Of a stretch of 64,000 bases of DNA, positions 51,562 to 62,746 are shown piece after piece. The notes below the pieces were generated by a model. That model made no database searches and was not told the origin of the DNA. It worked only from the letters and a program-made list of their open reading frames with translations. Within the stretch, counting starts at the first letter, position 1, and the number at the start of each line of letters is the position of its first letter. The position numbers were made by a program, and so were the translations under genes. The DNA is from Macrostomum hystrix (lineage: Eukaryota; Animalia; Platyhelminthes), in assembly GCA_950097015.1 (NCBI GenBank), contig CATNEN010000024.1:4588001-4652000 (forward strand), given 5' to 3'.

Positions 51562-52039
51562 TTTTCCAGGCTTTGCGAAGTTAAATTTCTCATTAATATT
51601 TTTTATAACTATATCCTCCCATCAAACAAGGGTTACTCGGTGTTTTTCATATATATGTGTAGTTCAAAGCGTATAATTAGTGCATTAAGCTAGCCAGACG
51701 TGCCCACTTCACTCTCAAGTTTTAGCCAATTCTAACAGTTTGCGTGAACAGCATCGTTTTTCACTCTATTCGTGTATATCTAATGTAAAGTTCTTCTTGA
51801 GAAAAAAGTAATAATGAAAACAAAAAACAAGTGAGTTATTTTTCACACTGTCACGCTGCAGTTGACATCGAAGACTATTTGCAGGGATGAGATTTATTTT
51901 TTTATTGTGTATTTTACCTTTTAGCGTTTGAGTTTAAAAATTTAATTCGACCAACCAATTATGGACACATTTAGAAGATGTTATTCAACAAATGCTTGCT
52001 AGATGGTCAATCATTATCATCCTCTGTGTCTCCCTCTCG

Positions 52040-52585
52040 ATCCCCCCTCTCTCATCTCCCTCTCTCATCTCCCTCTCTCATCTCCCTCTTATCTCCCTCT
52101 CTCATCTCCTTCTCTCATCTCCCTCTCTCATCTCCCTCTTATCTCCCTCTCTCATCTCCCTCTCTCATCTCCCTCTCTCATCTCCCTCTCATCTCCCTCT
52201 CTCATCTGCCTCTCTCATCTCCCTCTCTCATCTCCCTTTCTCATCTCCCTCTCTCATCTCCCTCTCTCATCTCCCTCTCTCATCTCCCTCTCTCATCTCC
52301 CTCTCTCATCTCCCTCTCTCATCTCCCTCTCTCATCTCCCTCTCTCATCTCCCTCTCTCATCTCCCTCTCTCATCTCCCTCTCATCTCCCTCTCTCATCT
52401 CCCTCTCTCATCTCCCTCTCTCATCTCCCTCTCTCATCTCCCTCTCTCATCTCCCTCTCTCATCTCCCTCCCTCATCTCCCTCTCTCATCTCCCTCTCTC
52501 ATCTCCCTCTCTCATCTCCCTCTCTCATCTCCCTCTCATCTCCCTCTCTCATCTCCCTCTCTCATCTCCCTCTCTATCTCCCCTC
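52040..52585. repeat. CT-rich 11/13/15-bp array (ctctctcatctcc)
   Basis: Related to the MITE 16-mer core tctcatctctccc. Confidence 0.9.
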
Positions 52586-53924
52586 TATTTATGATAATAG
52601 CTAATGATAATGAAATCTTTACATGGGATAGGCATTCTTTTGATTATTTTGTTTTAAATTCAGTCACATACCGCAATGAGTAGCAACGAATGCAAACAGG
52701 ACTAACAAAAACATGACAGCGAAAACAGGAAACGAAGACAATATTTCTCATAATTCTCAGCACAGACTGATATATAAACTCACACAGAGATAAGCAGAGA
52801 TACGGATTTGAATATTTTGGGAAGCAAACATCACTTGGGAAGAGGACAAACACTTAAAGCGAAAATAAGTTTATACATTTAAACATATAACTTGGTTGAT
52901 ATTATGTACGTAATTATAAAACACGGACAAATTATGTAAATTTAAATTATCTCCCGCGTTTACTAAACATTTTCTAATTTGACATCTGACGTCACGCAAA
53001 AAAATTGTGTTCAACAAATCAATCAAAAAATGTATTTGCTAGAATATAGAAGAGCTCAATTTGTTGGTTTACAAAGGGCGAGACAACAATAAACACTTCT
53101 TGACACTTCTTGCTTTGATGAAACAACTAATCCCTAAAACTGGGAAGAAATTTACCTGGGCGGCGGTATGGCGGTCTCTCCAGTCCACGCACTGAACAGT
53201 TGTACACAATAGCGCTATCTATCAATCTATCAATCTATCAATCTAATTTGAACTTTAGAGTGGAGTTTTGTGCACAGAAGCTATATATTTAAGGGGAATA
53301 ATAAGGTATCGATAAACGGAGAAAAAAGGAACAAAACATTGAGAGACAGGTAGTTAGGGTGGACCAATTTTCACTGTACAGACAAAGCAAAACGTTCAGC
53401 ACATGAGGCCGCCAATGCTGAAATAGCAAGACAAAAAATAAAATTGTCATTTCAGAACACAAGCTATTAAACAGGACCAGAGAACAGAAAACACGCTATA
53501 AATTTTGCATACAATCTACTGACAGTAATATATCGAATACATTTTTGTTTTAGTTTTAGGAGACCCAAGAAAAACTTCCTAAATTAATCAAAAGAAGAGC
53601 TTTGGACCTACTTCTAATAGAAAAGAATCACGATTTTTGTGTGAAAATGTGTGAAAACATTTCTATCTACTTAGTGTATTTTTCGTCTAAATCTGCCTCA
53701 TTAAAACTTATTCTAAGAAACGCAGTTTCCCGTCCTTCTTCTCCTAGTAGTCTTTGCTGGGAAACTATCAGCTTGGGGTATTATTCAAATGTGATCCAAT
53801 GCGTGAAAGAAGAACAGGGTATGGCACAGGTATAGCCACAGGTATAGCCACAGGTATAGCCACAGGTATAGCTAACGAATAGAGCAGCTTGTTGATAATT
53901 TCAGTTTGCGAAAACGGCCACCTG

Positions 53925-54406
53925 CTAGGAGCTGGTCGCCGAATGCTCAGGCCGCAGCAGAAATTGCTCCGGACAGAAGTCTTCTTCTTCTTCTTGTTCA
54001 ACTTCCTTTGCCTCAGGTTTCGCTTCGACGATTTCGATTCCTGCTGAGGCCGGCTGATGACCGCTGATAGCTGCCGAGATGGTTTCGTCCAGACTGCCGC
54101 TAACTGTTGTCTTTGCCTGCGGCAGAACAGCCGGCTGGAGAAATATTAACTGCTGCTGCTGCTGCTGCTGCTGAGAAAGATCTTCAGATGGCGCATAGTA
54201 GATGATGTACTCTTGTTGTTGCTGTTGCTGCTGCTGCTGTTGCTGTAATTCCTGCGCTAAAGCAATGGGCTGGGCTGCACTCTGTGGCTGCAGCTGGTGC
54301 TGAAAAGATTCAACTGTCGGGTAGAAATCAACGGGATGATGATGGGGCTGCGGCTGCTCCGATGGATCGTCGCCGCCGATGCCGCCGCGAACTAGTGGGA
54401 CGGCGG
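53925..54406 (-). CDS. Gln-rich/acidic terminal exon (phase 1), probably an alternative C-terminus of the E-protein gene
   Basis: Acceptor ttttaaattacag|cc; 482 nt open only in phase 1 (AVPLVRGGIGGDDPSEQPQPHHHP..poly-Q..EQEEEEDFCPEQFLLRPEHSATSS*). Missed by the ORF track because it lacks a start codon. Confidence 0.55.
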
Positions 54407-54594
54407 CTGTAATTTAAAAGGTAGGTGAGTCTTTCGGTTGCGGCTGACTAACTACTACTGAAAGTAGTTAAAATTGTACGCTCAAATTGTTTCTTCTAAA
54501 CCATGGTAATATTGCTCCTGTAATTAATGTTCAAAAACTGCTCCAATCTGGTTCGAAAAGCTGTTAAAATTCTGTTAATAACGGTTCTATTCCG

Positions 54595-55680
54595 TGTTCT
54601 AATCCTTCTTCTATAAACTGTTCTAATCCTTGTTCTATTAACTGTTCTAATCTTTGTTCTACAAGGACAAACTGTTCTAATCTTTGTTCTATAAACTGTT
54701 ATAATCTTTGTTCTACAAGGACAAACTGTTCTAATCTTTGTTCTATAAACTGTTCTAATCCTTGTTTTACAAGGACAAACTGTTCTAATCTTTGTTCTAT
54801 AAACTGTTCTAATCTTTGTTCTATAAACTGTTCTAATCTTTATTCTATAAACTGTTCTAATCCTTGTTCTAAAAGTACAAACTGTTCTAATCCTTGTTCT
54901 ATTAACTGTTCTAATATTTGTTCTATAAACTGTTCTAATCCTTGTTCTAAAAGTACAAACTGTTCTAATCCTTGTTCTATTAACTGTTCTAATCTTTGTT
55001 CTATAAACTGTTCTAATCCTTGTTCTACAAGGACAAACTGTTCTAATCCTTGTTCTACAAGGACAAACTGTTCTAATCCTTGTTCTACAAGGACAAACTG
55101 TTCTAATCCTTGTTCTATTAACTGTTCTAATCTTTGTTCTATAAACTGTTCTAATCCTTGTTCAACAAGGACAAACTGTTCTAATCTTTGTTCTATAAAC
55201 TGTTCTAATCCTTGTTCTAAAAGTACAAACTGTTCTAATCATTGTTCTATTAACTGTTCTAATCTTTGTTCTATTAACTGTTCTAATCCTTGTGCTAAAA
55301 GTTCAAACTGTTCTAATCCTTGTTCTATTAACTGTTCTAATCCTTGTTCTAAAAGTACAAACTGTTCTAATCCTTGTTTTATTAACTGTTCTAATCTTTG
55401 TTCTATAAACTGTTCTAATCCTTGTTCTAAAAGTACAAACTGTTCTAATCCTTGTTCTATTAACTGTTCTAATATTTGTTCTATAAACTGTTCTAATCCT
55501 TGTTCTAAAAGTACAAACTGTTCTAATCCTTGTTCTATTAACTGTTCTAATCTTTGTTCTATAAACTGTTCTTATCCTTGTTCTACAAGGACAAACTGTT
55601 CTAATCTTTGTTCTATGAACTGTTCTAATCCTTGTTCTACAAGGACAAACTGTTCTAATCTTTATTCTATAAACTGTCAT
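54595..55680. repeat. 24/29-bp minisatellite (aaactgttctaatccttgttcta + variants)
   Basis: Resumes after the SINE at about 56066. Confidence 0.92.
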
Positions 55681-55689
55681 AATCCTGGA

Positions 55690-55999
55690 TCTGTAATTAT
55701 TATAATTATAATTGATTACACCTGCCCCAATTGGGTCAGATGTGCAGCCGACAGCACAGCGCAGCTAATGCGTGGTGCATCTGAAGGCTGCGTACAGCTG
55801 TTCAGTCCATGGACTGGGGGGACGCCACACCCACCCTCAATTACCCCAGCTGATGCTGGTACCCATTTAACAGCTGGGTGAACTGAAGTAAAGTGTCTTG
55901 CTAAAGGACACAAATTGTTCCAGTGGAGTCGGGAATCGAACCCCCGACCTTCAAGTCGTGAGTCCGACGCCCTAAACACTAGGCTACAACCTCTTGGTT
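55690..55999 (-). mobile_element. Full-length tRNA-derived SINE, family 2, inserted in a minisatellite
   Basis: Head tagcctagtgtttagggcgtcgg, B box ggttcgattccc, central gtgtcctttagcaagacactttacttcagttcacccagctgttaaatgggtacc (CORE-like in appearance), AT-rich (taa)n tail. Confidence 0.88.
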
Positions 56000-56674
56000 T
56001 TAGTATAAGTGACTAGCTTAGGTGACTAGGCTAAAACCTCTTGGTTGTAGCCTAGTCACCTTGATCTATAAACTGTTCTAACCATTGTTCTAAAAAGTGT
56101 TATAAATTGTTTTCATGAAAAACATTTTCATATTTTTCCTAAACCGCTCTAAAACGAATCTAATTCTGCTAAAAATGAGTTTCAAAATTTTTCTAGAAAT
56201 TATTCTAAAGTCTGTTTTTTTATTTCCGTTCAAGCTGCCATTTTAAGCCAAAGTTCCTTATAAAACTCTAGTCTATTTAGCAAATACCTGAAAAAAAAAC
56301 ATTAGTGCATGCATTCCGCCAAAAAACAAATAACTATTTTTTCAAAGTATGCTTTGCTTCTTTGCTAGAAACACAAACAGGTAACCACTTTTCATTCACC
56401 AATTATTTAAAAAAATCATTTTCTAGTAAGTCGCTCTTTCAGTAACATTTAAAAAGAAAATAAAAGATAATTAAATTCCCGTAGCCAATAGCAAATTCTT
56501 CAATAGTCACATTATAACCTCATTTGTTCAGGCAGTTATCATCCTTGTCAACTGCAAAAGGCACAGAGATTAAAGTACAAAGAGTTTTAATAGTGAAATC
56601 ACCAAAAACAAGAGTTGCTATAGCACAGCTGCTCCTTGATCAAAGAGGCTGAGAATAGACTCAAATTGACTCAC

Positions 56675-59600
56675 CTTACACTCGCTAACAGCTGCCGAAT
56701 AATGATTAGCCAGCTGGTGATGATGCTGATGACTCTGGAAACTGGAAACTGGAACGCCGGGCGAGGCGTCCGGCTGATGAAGCTGATGGTGGTGATGATG
56801 ATGCTGAACGGAGCTGCTGCTGCCGCTGGGGCCGCCAGCTGCGGCAACGGCTACAGCGGCTGCAGCCGCCATGCCCATCGGATCAGCCGGATGATGATGC
56901 TGATGAAGGCCTACGCCGCCGCCACCGAGACGGACAGGAATTTCGTCGCTTTTCTCCTCTTCCCGACGCTTCAAACAGGCCGCTTTGGGATTCAGATTGC
57001 GCTCTGGAGTTGTTCGGGTTTGGAACCGGTAATCCCCTCTAATAACTAACTGGCTTCTCTCATATTTTGGAGGCAAACTGTTCTACTGAGTTAGTAGTAC
57101 CACGAAGAAATGAGCACAGCAAATTGCAATCAGGTTAAAAAATGCATTCGTCTAGACAAGGCGGTGGCCCAGGCCAACGAGGGATAAAAGAGAAAAATTG
57201 CGGGCCATATGAAGGGAGGAGAGATGAGACATGGAAGAGATGAGACACGGGACAGATGAGACACGGGACAGATGAGACACGGGAGAGATGAGACACAGAA
57301 GGAGATGAGACACGGGAGGTATGAGACACGGGAGAGTTGAGGCACGGGACAGATGAGACACGGGAGAGATAAGACACGGGACATATAAGACACGGGAGAG
57401 ATAAGACACGGGACAGATGAGACATGGGTGAGATGAGACACGGGAGAGATGAGACACGGGAGAGATGAGGCACGGGAGAGATGAGACATGGGAGAGATAA
57501 GACACGGGAGAGACGAGACACGGTAGAGATGAGGCATGGGAGAGATAAGACACGGGAGAGATGAGACACGGGAGAGATGAGACACGGGAGAGATGAGACA
57601 CGGGAGAGATGAGACACGGGAGAGATGAGACACGGGACAGATGAGACACGGGAGAGATGAGACACGAGAGAGATGAGACACGGGAGATGAGACACGGGAG
57701 AGATGAGACACGGGAGAGATGAGACACGGGAGAGATGAGACACGGGAGAGATGACACACGGGAGAGATGAGACACGGGAGAGATGAGACATGGGAGAGAT
57801 GAGACACGGGAGAGATGAGACACGGGAGAGATGACACACGGGAGAGATGAGACACGGGAGAGATGAGACACGGGAGAGATGAGACACGGGAGAGATGACA
57901 CATGGGAGAGATGAGACACGGGAGAGATGAGATACGGGAGAGATAAGACACGGGAGAGATGAGACACGGGAGAGATGAGACACGGGAGAGATGAGACACG
58001 GGAGAGATGAGACACGGGAGAGATGAGACACGGGAGAGATGAGACACGGGAGAGATGAGACACGGGAGAGATGAGACACGGGAGAGATGAGACGCGGGAG
58101 AGATGAGTTAGAGAGATGATTGGCAGTCATTACCTCGAACTTGCTGCTCCAAGGCGGTGATGACTGTGACAGCCTGCTGAAGCACGCCGAGTTTTGTCTG
58201 CGGCTTTTCATTTTTCAGGTGCATCATTGTCATGCGGCCCAGCTCCTTGAAGGCGCCATTGATGTCGCGAACGCGAACTCTGGGCGATGATTAGGTCAAA
58301 AGAAACATGCGAATTGAGGCGTGCTTTTGCATGACGTGCATTCATTAAACACTTCACACCGGCAAAAACATTTGCCTTAAATTTGGGTTAAAGTTTATTG
58401 AAATGAATTCATAAGGCGAAGATTCGCAAACTATATATTAGCAGTTCAATCTCTTTCCTAAATAATTTCTTTGTCTCCTTAGAAACGAGGCGGTCATAAT
58501 TGCTTTCCAGTATTTTTCGCACCTGGAAAATTCTTTTTAATCCTCACAAGCTTTCCGTGCAACAACCATTCCTGGATAGGTGCTTGAGAATAATTGCTCA
58601 ATTTTCTAGCTGAAAACAATCAAATGCAGACTGAATTGTTGTCGCCTTTGTGGAAAATTGTCAGCCCAATTAGCAATAGGCTCTTTGACTAGCAATCGAC
58701 TATGGACTGAAGTGGTTCGAAAACTTTCTTTTTGGACCAGTGAAACACCAGTCTGCTTGAAGAACACAGATAACTTTAACTTGAGTAGCCTATTCTCTCC
58801 CGTCTCAATATTCGGGGCTTCTAGCCGATGTCAACGAAAGTGGGAATGGGTATTGTCGGTGAAAAAATATTTCCTCACATTGCTCGCTTATCCAGGCAGG
58901 GAATAATTGGGGTGGGTTAGCAGCGAAACATCTGGCGCAACTCCCTGAGCAGGTTTTGTCGTCGGAACCCCAAAACACGGCCAAAATCGGGTTCAGTTTG
59001 AGAAGAATTGGCTTCAATTGCAAAAAAATGCAACACTATAGGATTTTCGTGCATTGAAATTTACGCAAATTTTCCTATTTGGTTTGGTTCGTTAGCTTGA
59101 CTATGCAGTTAGATAAGTGCACCGATTTTTAATTTCGAAAATTAGTCAACCTTCAGTTTCATATTTTAAACCACTCACAATCCACAGCCTGCACAATACA
59201 TAGGCTGTACAATACCCAGGCTGCACAATCCACAGCCTGCACAATCCACAGCCTGCACAATCCACAGCCTGCACAATCCACAGCCTGCACAATACACAGC
59301 CTGCACAATCCACAGCCTGTACAATACACAGCCTGCACAATCCACAGCCTGCACAATCCACAGCCTGCACAATACACAGGCTGTACAATACCCAGGCTGC
59401 ACAATCCACAGCCTGCACAATCCACAGCCTGCACAATACACAGCCTGCACAATACACAGCCTGCACAATACACAGCCTGCACAATACACAGCCTGCACAA
59501 TACACAGCCTGCACAATACACAGCCTGAATTATCGAAAGTTCACAACCTATGCAATGAATAATCAAAAACATTCACACCTCACAACCTTCAAAATCCACA

Positions 59601-62023
59601 AATTTCACAATCCGAAACCTGCAAGATCAACAATTTGAGATTAGATACCGGAGAGATGAGATACAGGAGAGATGAGATGCAGGAGAGATGAGACAAGGCA
59701 GAGATGTGACAGGGAGAGATGAGACAGGGGAGAGATGAGACAGGGAGAGATGAGACAGGGAGAGATGAGACAGGGAGAGATGAGACAGGGGAGAGATGAG
59801 ACAGGGGAGAGATGAGACAGGGAGAGATGAGACAGGGCGAGATGAGACAGGGAGAGATGAAACAGGGAGAGATGAGACAGGGAGAGATGAGACAGGGGAG
59901 AGATGAGACAGGGGAGAGATAAGACAGGGGACAGATGAGACAGGGGAGAGATGAGACAGGGGACAGATGAGACAGGGGAGAGATGAGACAGGGGACAGAT
60001 GAGACAGGGCGAGATGAGACAGGGAGAGATGAAACAGGGAGAGATGAGACAGGGAGAGATGAGACAGGGGAGAGATGAGACAGGGGAGAGATAAGACAGG
60101 GGACAGATGAGACAGGGAGAGATGAGACAGGGGAGAGATGAGACAGGGGAGAGATGAGACAGGGGAGAGATGAGACAGGGAGAGATGAGACAGGGGAGAG
60201 ATGAAACAGGGAGAGATGAGACAGGGCGAGATGAGACAGGGAGAGATGAGACAAGGAGAGATGAGACAGGGGAGAGATGAAACAGGGAGAGATGAGACAG
60301 GGAGAGATGAGACAGGGAGAGATGAAACAGGGAGAGATGAGACAGGGGAGAGATGAGACAGGGGAGAGATAAGACAGGGGACAGATGAGACAGGGGAGAG
60401 ATGAGACAGGGGAGAGATGAGACAGGGAGAGATGAGACAGGGAGGGTTTCGCTTCACAAACCAATCAATTTTATGTGACACTTGGAGATTTTAGCTCGTA
60501 AATAGCACTCTGGGATTGAACGGAAATTCTCCATGCTGCCCATGCTTCATAGCCCACGGCAATGCAAGCTCTCATTCTGCCCAATGGCACTTGTCTTGAG
60601 AATTCACAGTCACCTCTAACTTGCTGCTCCAGGGTGGTGATTATCCCCACCGCCTGCTGCAGCACCATCAGCTTGGTGAGGGGCTGGCTGTTTCCCGTGT
60701 GCATGTCCACCATTTGCCCGAGCTCCTTGAAGGCATCGTTGATGTCTTTCACTCGCAGTCTGTGCGAGACGACATCAAAGCAGTGAAGCTAAGTTTTATA
60801 GAATATAACTGAACTGATTCCATTGGTCAAAGAGCTAGGCACGTGCGAGTTAAAATATATTTTTTCAATGGCAGGGAACGAAAAATACGACCTCAAATGA
60901 TCCTTCCTCGAAAATACCCCGATCCTCAAACTTTACTCCCACCTCCAGTAATCCCAAATTTGAATCCGTATCTCCAGCAATCCCAAACTTGAATTCCACC
61001 TCCAGTAATCCCAAACTTGAATTCCAACTCCAGTAATCCCAAATTTGAATCCGTACCTCCAGTAATCCCAAACTTGAATTCCAACTCCAGTAATCCCAAA
61101 TTTGAATCCGTACCTCCAGTAATCCCAAACTTGAATTCCAACTCCAGTAATCCCAAACTTGAATTCCAACTCCAGTAATCCCAAACTTGAATTCCAACTC
61201 CAGTAATCCCAAACTTGAATTCCACCTCCAGTAATCCCAAATTTGAATCGGTACCTCCAGCAATCCCAAACTTGAATTCCAACTCCAGTAATCCCAAACT
61301 TGAATCCCAAGACCACTAATCCCGTCCATGAATCCCACATCAAGTTATCCTAGCTATAAATGCTACCACCAGAAAATCCTACCTTAATTTAATTCTACTT
61401 CCAATCAACCCCACCCAAAGAACCATGCCCTAAATAATTCTAAATAAGAAATCGGCCTCTAAAACTCCTTCTCCAAAAGATAAAATCCCAAAATTCTCCC
61501 TCCCGACATTGCTGGCAGGCTCCGCTCACCTCTCCCTGGCATTGTTGGCGTATCGCCTGGCCTTCTCCCTCTGCTGTTTCTCCTCCGGGCTCAGCTCGAA
61601 CTCGTCGTCGTCGTCGTCGCTAATTGACGTCGCGGCGCTGCTCGGCCCGGCTCGGCGCTTCAAAGCCTGCCCGCTCTTGTCCGATGACGAGGAGGCGGCG
61701 CCTCCCAGGGCGGACATGCCGGACAGCGCGTGCAGCTGCTGCTGGACCATCGCCAGACTCTTGGCCGATATGCCGCCGATGCTGGCGCCGTCGAATTCAT
61801 CCATGCCTGAGGTTGGCGACACCTGCGAAGGTGCGGGAGCGTGCTGCTGCAGCTGCTTGATCGACGGTTTGGCTTGGCTGCGGCTGCCGCCGGCACCTCC
61901 GGCTCCGTCCTGCAGAATCGGCGGAGTCGGTAAAAGATGCTGCTGCTGCTGCGGCAGCGCAGGCTGATGATGCTGCTGCGGTTGGCCCGAAATTGCGGCG
62001 GAATGCGAAATTGGGCAGGCGGA
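56675..62023 (-). CDS. da: E-protein (class I bHLH; daughterless/TCF3/TCF4/TCF12 family), 3' part; 5' exons not identified in the window
   Basis: Exon 62023-61530 ends [19 protein letters not shown] (phase 2); HLH exon 60759-60614 or 58279-58134; exon 57003-56675 begins [18 protein letters not shown], diagnostic for E proteins; all junctions GT/AG and in phase. Confidence 0.93.
57220..58110. repeat. 16-bp minisatellite (gagagatgagacacgg), same unit as the MITE interior
   Basis: About 55 copies in the intron after HLH exon B. Confidence 0.95.
58134..58279 (-). CDS. da: E-protein HLH exon B (mutually exclusive)
   Basis: cgcccag|a..gttcgag|gtaatg; 146 nt; [48 protein letters not shown]. Absent from the ORF track. 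Confidence 0.9.
59175..59530. repeat. 16-bp minisatellite (cagcctgcacaatcca)
   Basis: About 22 copies. Confidence 0.93.
59645..60445. repeat. 15/16-bp minisatellite (gagagatgagacaggg[g])
   Basis: In the intron after HLH exon A; one-base variant of the MITE 16-mer. Confidence 0.95.
60614..60759 (-). CDS. da: E-protein HLH exon A (mutually exclusive)
   Basis: cgcacag|a..gttagag|gtgact; 146 nt; [48 protein letters not shown]. Confidence 0.9.
60935..61310. repeat. 28/30-bp minisatellite (ctccagtaatcccaaacttgaattccaa)
   Basis: About 13 copies. Confidence 0.92.
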
Positions 62024-62746
62024 CTGGAACAAAGAAGAAAGTTTGAAAACAGGAGTTTTGTTCGCATATTTGCTAATTAGGCGACGAGGCATTTAGTTTA
62101 AAAACTACAGGCTTAGTTGCTCCCGCCTTCTGTCCGGTGGAGATTTTTCAGGATCATATTATTCCTCTTGAAGTCTTCAGAAGGCAGCACCCGCGCCAAT
62201 TGCCAATTAAAAAATGGCAATCTGCCACCCCCAAACCCCCCTGAGCGTGAGGTGTCACACCTGGCCAGCACTTGACAGCCCACCTAGGGACAGCCTCCTC
62301 TGCGGGAAGCCGGCTGGTGCTGGTGAAATTGGCACTTGTTTATTTTCTCTGCGGCTGCGGCCCGTTAATGAATGCCCGAAAATTGACGCTGAAAAGAATT
62401 TTTAGCTTAAAAAATTGAACGAAAACTCGAATAGGTCCCCTGCCTAGACCTTGCCAGTAAGGCCAAAAACTGCCCCAGCTACCAATCAATTTGGGCATTC
62501 ATTTCCTCATTGACCGACTTGAAGATTCAAATCGAGCATCTGGCAACCCGATGTTAGATAGGACACCGAGGACAGCGACTAGCTACTGTGGCATCCCTTG
62601 TTCTGATTCAATTTCAATGGGCCTCCTTTTAATCGCTTGGCTGATATCGAAAAACATAAGTTTAACAATTTAGACAGCCGAGATATTCCGATTGTGATCC
62701 ATGACATTAGATCATATCGATTCTGTTGACCACTCTGATACAGGCA

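Noticed and set aside
55925-55999. tRNA genes at SINE heads (also 3080-3148, 7520-7584, 33431-33500, 49786-49850)
   Set aside because: A and B boxes are present but acceptor and anticodon stems are imperfect, and each head continues into a shared repeat body, i.e. SINEs.
57130-58211. [16 protein letters not shown]-repeat ORFs (also at 13069, 21451, 51978, 59589)
   Set aside because: Translations of the stop-free 16-bp MITE minisatellite; intronic or intergenic.
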